From Escherichia coli (lineage in GTDB: Bacteria > Pseudomonadota > Gammaproteobacteria > Enterobacterales > Enterobacteriaceae), in the NCBI GenBank assembly GCA_002099625.1, contig GCA_002099625.1_4857.1: 64,000 bases of DNA. The stretch is one strand, 5' to 3'. Below the pieces are notes generated by a model, which worked only from the letters and a program-made list of their open reading frames with translations, was not told where the DNA came from and made no database searches. Shown one piece after another: positions 48,250 to 57,357 of this stretch; position 1 is the first letter of the stretch, and each line of letters begins with the position of its first letter. Made by a program: the position numbers and the translations under genes.

Positions 48250-49660
48250 TCCCTAACTTTCATTAGGGCACAGACCATACCTTAGCCATGAGCTTTCGCT
48301 TTTAGGCTCCTCCCCACTTCGGCGCTATTCTAAGCACCTACGAGCATTTCAGCTCCGGTCGTTGAACGTTCCTCTTACGAGGCTTCGCTGCTGATTACCC
48401 ATTGTTAAAACCCTTAGCAGTATTGTTTAGCATAGGTCATCTCATTACTTGTTTCCGACTTTCGTCTCCACATGGGCAAATGAGCTTTAGGGGTTCCCAG
48501 CAATTCAGGGAGATACACATCAGAGGTTTCCCGTCTGATGGGGCAAGGTTATTCTGCTGTTAAATATTGAACTTCAAATTGTTTGTACTTTCCAGTTTGT
48601 GAGACTGCTTTGGCCACAGTGTTTCTTTTCACACCAATCGCGTTTGAAAACTCTTGTAGAGAATTCCAAATGGTTTTGATATTAGTGGTCGTATCAGTCA
48701 CACGCACCATCGATGGTACACGTTTTGGCATTTGTGATTGTGGTCTGGGTTTGCGGAGATCGATCATGTCGGTTATGGCAACATCGATATCCACCATATA
48801 CCACGCCTCATATCCAAACTTAGTCAAATCGACGGTACCGCCGTTGAGGTGAGAATAGATGAGGTGTGGTTTTATACCCACGTATTCGGCTGCTGCCGGT
48901 ACAGACGAGAACAGGAAATATGGTTCCTTACCAACCTTTCTGATGACCAGTCCTTTATTACCTGGTCCTGAGTTCTTGCCAATAGAATTCTTGGTGAGAA
49001 TCCAGTCGTCTGCCGGTAGCTTGACTTCAAACACATCATTTAGCGTGTATTGACGATTAAGTCCACGCGTGATCGAGCTTGAAACCAAGTGCCGATTAAC
49101 GCCGATATACTCAGCTGCCTTAGCCATGCTACGGAACTGAACTATATCGCCGGTCTCGAGATTTCTGACATCGACAATAATGTTGTCAGTTCTTAGACCA
49201 GTATCGAAAGCATGATTAACATTTTCCTTTCGATAACACCACTCAAGGTTTACCACAGATGGATTACTCTTAACACCATCACGATGGTTAACCTCGTCAC
49301 CACATTTATCCAGGAACACAGTCGCAACAATTCGATGTAAATGGGTTTCGTCTTTACAACCGCGCACTCCCAGGTATCCACTTTTGAGAATGAAGACCGG
49401 TAGCGGCATGACCATACCTTTTACTTTACAGTCACCCAATGCATCAACAAAGAGATCACGATAGACTGGGTGTCTGTAATACCCCTTAAAAACATACGAG
49501 GGCTCTAAATCATCGCGTAGTTTCCTACTCAACTTTTCAATAATCACAATTTATTCCCTATTACCAGTCACCGACTAAGAATAAGGAATAGCAGAATAAC
49601 ACTTTTACCGTTAGCCATCTTGATCACACGGTCAGAGATACGCAGCGAACACTGGTTAAC
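48250..49660 (-). mobile_element. putative group I intron with embedded HNH homing endonuclease, interrupting the beta'-N gene (boundaries approximate)
   Basis: conserved beta' sequence is interrupted between ...NPTLVQLSIQ... (exon 1) and ...DFDGDQ... (exon 2); between them an HNH ORF and ~300 nt of hairpin-rich non-coding sequence (48250-48548). Confidence 0.55.
48549..49547 (-). CDS. HNH homing endonuclease with NUMOD-like DNA-binding repeats
   Basis: 332 aa; HNH motif ETHLHRIVATVFLDKCGDEVNHRDGVKSNPSVVNLEW; three repeats of the type AAEYIGVNRHLVSSSITRG / AAEYVGIKPHLIYSHLNGG / FSNAIGVKRNTVAKAVSQTG. Confidence 0.85.
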   Translation of the reverse strand: MIIEKLSRKLRDDLEPSYVFKGYYRHPVYRDLFVDALGDCKVKGMVMPLPVFILKSGYLGVRGCKDETHLHRIVATVFLDKCGDEVNHRDGVKSNPSVVNLEWCYRKENVNHAFDTGLRTDNIIVDVRNLETGDIVQFRSMAKAAEYIGVNRHLVSSSITRGLNRQYTLNDVFEVKLPADDWILTKNSIGKNSGPGNKGLVIRKVGKEPYFLFSSVPAAAEYVGIKPHLIYSHLNGGTVDLTKFGYEAWYMVDIDVAITDMIDLRKPRPQSQMPKRVPSMVRVTDTTTNIKTIWNSLQEFSNAIGVKRNTVAKAVSQTGKYKQFEVQYLTAE

Positions 49661-50974
49661 ATCGGTAACAACTTCATCGATGTACAGCGTTTGAATAGAC
49701 AACTGTACCAGCGTTGGGTTACGTAACGGTATGACCATGATCCCAAGACCGCCTGGGGATTCACGAATCAGTTCTTTAAAGATTTCATCTACAAGCGGGT
49801 CATACTGCATTGCCGCTTTTGCAACGATACGTTCACATTGCCGTGACGAATAACCCCGTCGTAGCAGTTTGTTCTCGATGTGGGTCGACATCAACCCAAC
49901 CATCCAACGCCATGGTGCTTTTAACTTCCAGGCATCGTGTGGTTCTGAGATAGGTGAGATGGTTGCACGACCACCGAACGGGATATGGGTAGAACCCAAT
50001 TTCGCACGATAGTCACCCGGTTTACCTTCCATAGACTCACGACGGAAGTCCATGTGGAAGTATGTTAACTGACGGTTGGCTTTCAAAGCGCGACTAATCA
50101 GAAAACGTGGTTCGATCGCTTTACGCCGCGTATAAAGTAACGCGATATTTTTCACCGCATCGATAGCACCCGTGAACACTGGGTCTACCATGACACCACG
50201 ACGACCTTCCTCAGTAACGATAAGCTTAGAGGAGATTAGCGGTAAGTGTCTTGGGAAGAATGCATGGCGTTGCGTTTCGAATAGCTCCTTCCATTGTAAA
50301 CGTAAGCGTTCACCTTCAGCGGCGTTATGCCGATTAGGTGCGAAGATTTCCTTCCAGGCTTCCGGCGTGGTAAGGATGTTAAAGATACTAACGTGGTTAT
50401 CAACCAGATTGCGCAAGCCACGAACGAAACCGTGTTCTTCCAATACACGTTTCACAGCATGTGCGCGTTTACCGTCTGGTTCTTCTATACGGTAATACGG
50501 GTCAATCATCCACATCATCAAGTCATTACCGCGTTCGATAGTGACCTTGTTACGTTCAAACTTCTTCAACTTGCTATTAAAGAAAGCATTGAACATTGCC
50601 CAGAATCGTGGGTTGACGAAGTTACCCATTTCATCAGGTGCACGTAACCAGACATCGGATTCAATTCGATATTCAGTTACAACATAGCCACACGTCGGAC
50701 ACTTACAACCGAGATTGTAACGATGCGCGATCGGTGCCGGACAATCCAAACTACAAATCGGTGCAGAGTTCAGTTCTTCGTCAACGATTCTGTTCTGTAC
50801 CATGCGATCGATAAGTTCAGCAACTTCGATCGCATCCCCGTTAACGGCGACATCGTTAATAATAGTGGGTGGTTTAATACCTTTGGCAGCAGCTTCTATT
50901 TGCAAATCGGACAAATAGTTATCCTGACTAACCAACCGGCCGGATATTCCGTAGAATTTTGGTACCTTTCTCAC
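49568..50974 (-). CDS. RNA polymerase beta'-N, exon 1 (3' end of the ORF runs into the intron)
   Basis: N-terminal zinc finger CSLDCPAPIAHRYNLGCKCPTCGY; IPLRNPTLVQLSIQ resembles bacterial NRAPTLHRLGIQ; the last ~30 codons of the track ORF are probably intron sequence read in frame. Confidence 0.75.
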   Translation of the reverse strand: MRKVPKFYGISGRLVSQDNYLSDLQIEAAAKGIKPPTIINDVAVNGDAIEVAELIDRMVQNRIVDEELNSAPICSLDCPAPIAHRYNLGCKCPTCGYVVTEYRIESDVWLRAPDEMGNFVNPRFWAMFNAFFNSKLKKFERNKVTIERGNDLMMWMIDPYYRIEEPDGKRAHAVKRVLEEHGFVRGLRNLVDNHVSIFNILTTPEAWKEIFAPNRHNAAEGERLRLQWKELFETQRHAFFPRHLPLISSKLIVTEEGRRGVMVDPVFTGAIDAVKNIALLYTRRKAIEPRFLISRALKANRQLTYFHMDFRRESMEGKPGDYRAKLGSTHIPFGGRATISPISEPHDAWKLKAPWRWMVGLMSTHIENKLLRRGYSSRQCERIVAKAAMQYDPLVDEIFKELIRESPGGLGIMVIPLRNPTLVQLSIQTLYIDEVVTDVNQCSLRISDRVIKMANGKSVILLFLILSR

Positions 50975-50987
50975 TCTGTCAACCTCA

Positions 50988-51030
50988 ACAAAAAAAGAGG
51001 GAAGGACGGAGGCGTTAGCCCCCGTCCGTT
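50988..51030 (-). terminator. intrinsic terminator after the 617-aa gene
   Basis: imperfect hairpin GGACGG...CCGTCC preceded on plus by CAAAAAAAGAGGG. Confidence 0.45.
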
Positions 51031-51056
51031 TCCTAACTACTCAGTAACCGATTCGA

Positions 51057-52910
51057 TTACAGTTTGAAGTTGCTCAGAGACACGCCCAGACCGAAATCGG
51101 AACCGCTTGCAGACAGGCCGTTGCCAGACAGCGTGAAGTCTTCCCCACCGTTGTTGAAGAACAGAGAGGTCGCCATCGTGTTGTAGGCATTTACACCAGT
51201 CATAGACCAGGTGCAGTTGTTACGGACGAAGTCCAGCAGGCATTTACCGAAGATCGGGTTGATAGCCATATCCAGAGATTCACCGGTAGCTTGCGGTGCT
51301 TTGGATGCGAACAGAGAAGCGGCCAGTTTCAGCATGTAGATACGCTGTTGACGCTCGTTCAGTTCACGGTGGCTGTAGGACTGTGCGTTCAGGTAGCTAT
51401 AGACGTCGTTCGCGTTATCACCCAGTTTGGTAACAACGGAAATCAGGTCCATATCCTGGAAGCTACGTTTCTGTGCAGTACCGGTGTAAACACCGGAAAC
51501 AGTCGGTACGGCTGCTTTCACGATGTGGCTGCAATGGATGGTACCATTGAAGGCATCGCCCAGCTGTGCTTTCAGTGCAGAAGCAAATACTGCAGTGAAG
51601 CTGGTCGCTGCAACAACTTCGCCGTTCTGATCACGCGGGGACATGGAATTCAGAATAGCGAGCAGCTGTTTCAGAGAGTTGTCGTAACCGACCGCAATTT
51701 CAGACAGCATAGTAGACAGACCACCCAGACCGTTACCGGCACGATGGCTAACTACCAGTGCTGCTTCACGCGGTGCGAACATATCCAGGCAACCTTCGAT
51801 AGCTTCACGGCTACCGTCGATTTTGGATACATCAGGACGAGCGTCAGCACCCCAGGACAGGTATTCTGCCACACGGGAGAACTTGCGATCTTGTTTGTTC
51901 AGACGTTTCACAAACAGGTCACGCCAGCCACCGATTGCCGCGATTTCTGCAAATGCAGCCAGCAGCAGCAGTTGACGTTCATACGGTGCCATTGCACCTT
52001 CAGTTTGAGAATCGACCAGACTTACTACGATTTCAGCCTGCAGCTGTTTCAGGTCGTAGACGCCGTTAACGACAGGCTTCTGACCGGTGAAACGCATGTT
52101 GACGAAACCAGTACCGGATACACGCGGATACACCTGTACCTGATTGGTGTCCAGCAGAGTCGGAGTGGCGTCGGATACGTTGCTTGGGCTGTGCTCAACG
52201 GTGATTGCGAAATCAGCACGTTGTGCGTGGCCGTTAGCATCCACAACCGCACCATCTTCCAGCGGCATTACTGCAGCCTGATAACGGTCATGCTTACGCA
52301 GGTTCAGCGTACCCAGGTAGCCTGCGATACGACCGAAGATGCCCATCATCATCTGACCCATCAGAGTACGTGCCCACTCAGCATCCAGAACTTTACCCAG
52401 GTCTGGTACGGAGTTGATGATCATGAAGTTCGCATTGGTCAGACCATGCGCTTCCATGATGTTTTTCTGTACTACTGCCAGCACGTCTTTGTTGAACAGT
52501 TCAGTGATGGTGTAGTAGTCTTCCTGGCCGTTGTTGGTAGTTTCTTTCAGACGCAGAGACTGACCGCGTTCAAAGAAGATAATACCGTACAGCCAGTGGC
52601 CCTGCCATTGGCCTGCGACATACGCCGCGGAACCCATTTCGTTACCCACGCCGGCGATGGTGCCCCAGCGGAACGCGTTGAGGTATTCGTTGCTTTTCTT
52701 CAGCTCGTCCAGGAGGTTGACGAAGTGCATTGCATAGGTGCTGATGTTGCGGATGCCAAATGCGTTATCGAATTGGCTGACAGTAGAAGTACCCGGCACA
52801 GCAGTTTGCACTTTTACAGTCTCGTTGCCCAGACCGCCCAGTGGTGCGGTGTCTTGAGTCTGAGTGTTGTTCTGCTGAGCGTTGTTGTTAGAGTCAACGA
52901 TTTTTACCAT
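51057..52910 (-). CDS. hypothetical protein; candidate phage-nucleus shell protein (chimallin-like), speculative
   Basis: 617 aa; low-complexity N- and C-termini; own promoter-like elements and terminator; lies immediately upstream of the beta'-N gene, the arrangement I recall for phiKZ gp54-gp55; no sequence-level verification possible here. Confidence 0.3.
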   Translation of the reverse strand: MVKIVDSNNNAQQNNTQTQDTAPLGGLGNETVKVQTAVPGTSTVSQFDNAFGIRNISTYAMHFVNLLDELKKSNEYLNAFRWGTIAGVGNEMGSAAYVAGQWQGHWLYGIIFFERGQSLRLKETTNNGQEDYYTITELFNKDVLAVVQKNIMEAHGLTNANFMIINSVPDLGKVLDAEWARTLMGQMMMGIFGRIAGYLGTLNLRKHDRYQAAVMPLEDGAVVDANGHAQRADFAITVEHSPSNVSDATPTLLDTNQVQVYPRVSGTGFVNMRFTGQKPVVNGVYDLKQLQAEIVVSLVDSQTEGAMAPYERQLLLLAAFAEIAAIGGWRDLFVKRLNKQDRKFSRVAEYLSWGADARPDVSKIDGSREAIEGCLDMFAPREAALVVSHRAGNGLGGLSTMLSEIAVGYDNSLKQLLAILNSMSPRDQNGEVVAATSFTAVFASALKAQLGDAFNGTIHCSHIVKAAVPTVSGVYTGTAQKRSFQDMDLISVVTKLGDNANDVYSYLNAQSYSHRELNERQQRIYMLKLAASLFASKAPQATGESLDMAINPIFGKCLLDFVRNNCTWSMTGVNAYNTMATSLFFNNGGEDFTLSGNGLSASGSDFGLGVSLSNFKL

Positions 52911-52955
52911 TTTAAATATTCCTTAATAGTGATTGCAATCATAGTTCGGTTCGCA

Positions 52956-52972
52956 GAGATAATATCTGCCTA
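52956..52972 (-). promoter_or_regulatory. conserved promoter-like element (variant) upstream of the 617-aa gene
   Basis: AGATAATATCTGCCTAT ~45 nt upstream of the start at 52910. Confidence 0.45.
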
Positions 52973-53049
52973 TAATTTCATGGAATGCAAGTACGCCGTC
53001 GCTTACTTACAAGGCACATAGTCCAGACATTTCTCAGGAACTGTCACAT

Positions 53050-53064
53050 AGATAATATCAATCT
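53050..53064 (-). promoter_or_regulatory. conserved promoter-like element (variant), second copy in the same intergenic region
   Basis: AGATAATATCAATCT; ~140 nt upstream of 52910 and ~50 nt upstream of the plus-strand gene at 53117. Confidence 0.35.
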
Positions 53065-53116
53065 GAGATATTTTTGACTGTGACTGACTTCCTATGTGGA
53101 ATCTAAGGAGTCTGCC

Positions 53117-54184
53117 ATGTTCAGCCAAGCCGAGTTAAACCAAGTGGCCATAAAGGGTCACAGCACGGACCCCTCCGCTATAACATTAGCGGCTCACGTA
53201 AAAAACAACAGCCAGCGTATACGCAACTACTACGAACAGCTTAATCGCAGTGCTGGTAATGGCCATTTGTTGCAACAGGTGTTGTCTGCCATCGGCTATG
53301 CCGGTGAACCAGAGTACGAAGACATCGAATGGGCTTGCCGTCGCAAGCTTGTTCAGATTGGTAACGCCTTACGCTTGACGTCTGTTGGTGAGTACGGTCA
53401 AATCTTTAATAGCAAGTTTATCCAGGGCCAAGATGAGGTAATCTCTCTCGTAGCCCGCCCAGTAAATCCAGACCTTTCGTTCCGCGACTACACCCCCGCC
53501 CGTTACCTCTACCATGAGTATACCAACCTCAATTGGAAGTTCGGTGACGGACGGCCCCGAGGTGTTACGGTGATCGAAATCAACCTGGTTGCTTTGCTTT
53601 GGCAATATGTCAAAGGTCAGCAACACTACAGTCGCGGTACCGAACCTATTGCCACACCTGTGTATCTCCAACGACATGTGATCTCTCGCATGTTGCCGAG
53701 CTACATGGATATCGCCTTTGTAAATATACATCGTGCGATAGCCTTCGGGAAAGAGATTGAACCGGATGAAACATTACGTGTCATTCCTGTTCCACCGCTT
53801 CAAGCTTTAGCTGTGAAGCACGCAAAAGGCATCCGTAGTAAACTACTGGCTGCCAACCCGTTACCGGGACAAGTCTTAAACAACATCCCATTGTTCTTCC
53901 AACACCCTGATGAAGAAGGCCACACAGCACTGGAACTGATTGTCTTTCGAGAACCAGGTCAAACACTGCAGAACACCTGGCACCAGAACATGGTGAACTG
54001 GTACTGGGCACTGTTTTGTCTTCAATACAACCAGGGGAATATGGAAAAACATAAACGTACGATGTTGGTTGATTTGGCGCGTTATGTGGACTCTAAAGTC
54101 CTCACACGTTTGACCAAATCCTTCTATAACTTTATCCAACGGGATTTGATTATCCCGTTGACGACAGAGCTAGAAGAAAAATAA
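53117..54184 (+). CDS. hypothetical protein
   Basis: track ORF 53096-54184 starts at GTG; ATG at 53117 (MFSQAELN...) has an AAGGAG SD; followed by a strong terminator. Confidence 0.65.
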   Translation: MFSQAELNQVAIKGHSTDPSAITLAAHVKNNSQRIRNYYEQLNRSAGNGHLLQQVLSAIGYAGEPEYEDIEWACRRKLVQIGNALRLTSVGEYGQIFNSKFIQGQDEVISLVARPVNPDLSFRDYTPARYLYHEYTNLNWKFGDGRPRGVTVIEINLVALLWQYVKGQQHYSRGTEPIATPVYLQRHVISRMLPSYMDIAFVNIHRAIAFGKEIEPDETLRVIPVPPLQALAVKHAKGIRSKLLAANPLPGQVLNNIPLFFQHPDEEGHTALELIVFREPGQTLQNTWHQNMVNWYWALFCLQYNQGNMEKHKRTMLVDLARYVDSKVLTRLTKSFYNFIQRDLIIPLTTELEEK

Positions 54185-54234
54185 GACTTACTCTCTCCTC
54201 GCGAACACTCTTTCGAGTATTCATACTATATACA

Positions 54235-54277
54235 AAAACTACACACTTCGGTGTGTAGTTCTTTTTTTATTTTTTGT
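54235..54277 (+). terminator. intrinsic terminator after gene 53117-54184
   Basis: hairpin AACTACACAC-TTCG-GTGTGTAGTT followed by CTTTTTTTATTTTTTG. Confidence 0.7.
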
Positions 54278-54281
54278 CTGT

Positions 54282-54482
54282 CTAGTATTTTATCGTCTCC
54301 GTGAAGTCACTTGCGTATGGTTTACCCCACACGGTGATTTTGCGTTTACGTTTGGCGTCCAATGCCGTGATGTGCACTGTTTCGCCTGCTTGATGTAACT
54401 CAATATCCACACAACCCCGTTCTTCGAGGTCGCGACGGATTGTGGTTATCATCTCTGTGGATTTCCCGCTATTGCGATACAT
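54282..54482 (-). CDS. small hypothetical protein (66 aa)
   Basis: ORF downstream of the polymerase gene on the same strand; coding status uncertain. Confidence 0.35.
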   Translation of the reverse strand: MYRNSGKSTEMITTIRRDLEERGCVDIELHQAGETVHITALDAKRKRKITVWGKPYASDFTETIKY

Positions 54483-54574
54483 ACCCTTCCACCCGAATGT
54501 TCATCCCGCCCACTAAAGACCGATCTTCAAACGTAAAGGTTATCGCTTGCGGCTCTGGCTTCCGTGGAACAGAT

Positions 54575-56854
54575 TTATTCTTCCGCCTCTTCCCCATCTT
54601 CTTCCTCTCCATCACGTTCAGATTTCTTAACGTACTCACCGCTACCTAATTCTTCCTTGACCGAGTCTACAGATTCGCCGTAGTAATCCGAAAGCAGACG
54701 AGTTCTATTCTTGTCCATCATGAACACACCCAGACATTCCAGGATGTGATAGTAAGGTTCTACTGTGGAGAATGCGCTTCGGCGTGTGTCTGCAGCATCA
54801 ATCAGCTCCGGCGGAATACCGAAGTTTTCCACCAAGAACTCTGGCAGTATCAGAGTACGATAGGTACGATAGTTGTTTTCTTCGAACCACCGTGTTGCAG
54901 TGGTCTTAATCATCGGGTCTTTAATGTTTTCCAGCCACTCTTTAACGGCTGTTTTGTTCTCCAGGTTTACCGGAAGCTTCACGGCGTCATAAGGCGGTTC
55001 GTCCAGGTAGCCGTACTTCGGTCCAAAGATGGCGTTGTACATGCGGTGGTAGTGGTAGCTCTTTTCATCATCTTCAGAGTACGCACTACGGTCTTTGACG
55101 TTGGTTGTTTTCAGGTAGCCTGCTTTACCAGCACGAATAGAGTCCACCACAACGTGCTCAATTGCAGCAACCTTTTCCAGCAGAGGCAGAATCTTAATCT
55201 TATCGCCGCGCGCTACAATCTCACAGAGTTCTTTAATCGTGCGTTTGAACTCTTTCATGACCACAGGCGGTATGTTTGACGTACGTAGAGACACACCTTT
55301 AACTTCTAACTCAGGGTCGGACTTCAATTGTCCTTCCTGACCAGTGATGATGGAGAAGTAGTGTTTTGCTTTTGTGGTTAACGCAAAGGAGTCGAACTTA
55401 AATTCGTTCTTCATTGCGTACAAGAACAAACGCTCTTTCGCCACGCCAATGTTCGCCGACATGCTCGCCATCAGATGACGTAAGTGCTGGGTTGCAATAT
55501 AAATCATCGCATCCGATACGCGCGTAGCTTCACGACCGTAATGTTGACCGGTATACCACTGTGCCCACCACTGTGCAGTCATCATCGTGGAGTCGGTATC
55601 AGATACCACACCGACACGACGAACCACGTCAGGCATCCTGGCAATGTTAATCGGCAGGTTTTTGGTAGTCAGGATATTGCGAATCAAGCACGCGTACTTA
55701 CCGATGGTTTTCTGCAGATACACAGCTGAGCGAATCAGCTCTTTGTATTTTTCCTGCTTATCCCACGGTTCCGCTTTGTTCGTGTTTTCGTCTTTGAGTT
55801 TAACGTCAGAGAACGACTTACCTAACGGCACGATATCAGTACGGAACTGCGAGATAATGATCTGCATGTCACCGTCGATAGAGCGCTCAGCAGCATCCCA
55901 ATCGGTGATCTCGTCTTCCATCTCCTCGGCAATCAGCGCACCGATAAACCCACGCATGAATTCATCGTTGTATTTCGCCAGGTGGTAGAAGTCACCCATG
56001 TAGACAAACGCTGCACGTACCAGCGGGCTACAATTACCGACGTAGTGACGAATGAACTCCAGCCCTTCGTCGTTACGGAAGTAAAACTCTGCAGAGTACA
56101 TAACCACTTCCATAACCTCGTCCACTGTTGGGTAGTGGAGGTTATAGAGTTCCATACACTTCTTGAACTCCGCAAAGTTAGTCAGTGTACCAATAGACAG
56201 TAAGTGGTCGATAACACGGGACGGCGTGTCGTAGTGACGATTACCGCCCAGTAGACGTTCGTTGCCCGCGTTACCGAACGATGTAGCCGTACGGCAGGTT
56301 GACGTCAATACAGAGTGCGAAGACTGGTTAAAGATTACCGTGTACGGTGATGAGAATGCACCCGACATCCCGTTGTTCAACGTCTTAACAGCGTTCTGTT
56401 CGTTCTTTTTGTTAATACGCAGAACTTCATTACCCGCAGCACCTGCTGCGTACATCTCTTTCTTAACAACCGCACGCTTACGCACGTTCTCTGCGGTAAA
56501 TTCAGCAAGCTTAGAGCGCTTGACGTGCTCAGGCAGATAAAAGGTCAGCGACGGTGCAGAAATAATCTGCTTATCAATCACTGTACGGAACAGTTTATCT
56601 ACCGTGGTGTATTTTTCTTCGCGATCGCCGGTCTTTTGATTGCGCACCCACATCTTACACACGGGGAATTCGTGTACTAACTCACCACCAGGTTGGAACA
56701 TTTCTTCGACCTGCTGTCGACAGAACTCCAAAGAATATTTCCCGTTGGTGACGGTATGAATGTAGAGCGCCAGTTGTTCGTAGTACGCATCGATAACGTC
56801 AATGTCGCGATGATACTCGTCTTGACTAAGACGAAATGGTGAATTGTAGTCCAC
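54575..56854 (-). CDS. family-B DNA polymerase, polymerase (palm/thumb) part (split gene)
   Basis: 759 aa; VGVVSDTDSTMM (motif C, DTDS) and KTLNNGMSGAFSS (motif B-like K...N.G.SG); no exonuclease motifs in this ORF; spacing between motifs is atypical. Confidence 0.5.
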   Translation of the reverse strand: MDYNSPFRLSQDEYHRDIDVIDAYYEQLALYIHTVTNGKYSLEFCRQQVEEMFQPGGELVHEFPVCKMWVRNQKTGDREEKYTTVDKLFRTVIDKQIISAPSLTFYLPEHVKRSKLAEFTAENVRKRAVVKKEMYAAGAAGNEVLRINKKNEQNAVKTLNNGMSGAFSSPYTVIFNQSSHSVLTSTCRTATSFGNAGNERLLGGNRHYDTPSRVIDHLLSIGTLTNFAEFKKCMELYNLHYPTVDEVMEVVMYSAEFYFRNDEGLEFIRHYVGNCSPLVRAAFVYMGDFYHLAKYNDEFMRGFIGALIAEEMEDEITDWDAAERSIDGDMQIIISQFRTDIVPLGKSFSDVKLKDENTNKAEPWDKQEKYKELIRSAVYLQKTIGKYACLIRNILTTKNLPINIARMPDVVRRVGVVSDTDSTMMTAQWWAQWYTGQHYGREATRVSDAMIYIATQHLRHLMASMSANIGVAKERLFLYAMKNEFKFDSFALTTKAKHYFSIITGQEGQLKSDPELEVKGVSLRTSNIPPVVMKEFKRTIKELCEIVARGDKIKILPLLEKVAAIEHVVVDSIRAGKAGYLKTTNVKDRSAYSEDDEKSYHYHRMYNAIFGPKYGYLDEPPYDAVKLPVNLENKTAVKEWLENIKDPMIKTTATRWFEENNYRTYRTLILPEFLVENFGIPPELIDAADTRRSAFSTVEPYYHILECLGVFMMDKNRTRLLSDYYGESVDSVKEELGSGEYVKKSERDGEEEDGEEAEE

Positions 56855-56901
56855 GTCTGGCCCCTTGGTTTTTTACTCAGCTATAAGACTTGCGGGATAC
56901 G

Positions 56902-56942
56902 TGAAAAAAGAAAAAAAAATAACCCACTCCGAAGAGTGGGCT
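56902..56942 (-). terminator. intrinsic terminator after gene 56947-57357
   Basis: hairpin CCCACTC-CGAA-GAGTGGG preceded on plus by CGTGAAAAAAGAAAAAAAAA. Confidence 0.6.
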
Positions 56943-56946
56943 TACT

Positions 56947-57357
56947 TTAACCGGCAATACTCTCAACGATTTCAAAATCGACGTCATTGAAACCATTGGC
57001 AGCCAGGGCACGTTTAAGGTCGTCAATCTCCTGTTTGTTATCCAGGGTGACGGTGAAGCGCACCTTCGTGTTTTCGATAATCTGAACATCACGAATCCAG
57101 GCATCGGCAGCGACTTTTGGTTTGCCGTCAACACCTTTGAAAATCAGATACGTGTATTTGTTCACATTATCTTCTGGCTGAGAAACAATGGAAGAGTAGA
57201 TATTCTTCTGCTCCGCCATCACATCCATATAACTTTTGGCCATCTCGTAGCCAACGCCGGTTGCCAGAATAATTACACGCGTCTCTTGCCCTTTCAAAGG
57301 GGTGTCGTAAACAATGTTAACTTTTTGCCCAGCGACCAGTGTGCGTAAATCGAACAT
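56947..57357 (-). CDS. hypothetical small protein
   Basis: 136-aa ORF, last gene of a translationally coupled array. Confidence 0.55.
   Translation of the reverse strand: MFDLRTLVAGQKVNIVYDTPLKGQETRVIILATGVGYEMAKSYMDVMAEQKNIYSSIVSQPEDNVNKYTYLIFKGVDGKPKVAADAWIRDVQIIENTKVRFTVTLDNKQEIDDLKRALAANGFNDVDFEIVESIAG

Noticed and set aside
52971-52976. TATAAT hexamer as a sigma70 -10 element upstream of the 617-aa gene
   Set aside because: No convincing -35 at 17 bp spacing; the hexamer is part of the variant promoter-like element and AT-rich context.
51291-53021. 576-aa plus-strand ORF in the track
   Set aside because: It lies antisense across the whole 617-aa minus-strand gene and runs through the intergenic promoter region; composition is Cys/His/Phe-rich and non-protein-like. 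Treated as a shadow ORF of the minus-strand gene.
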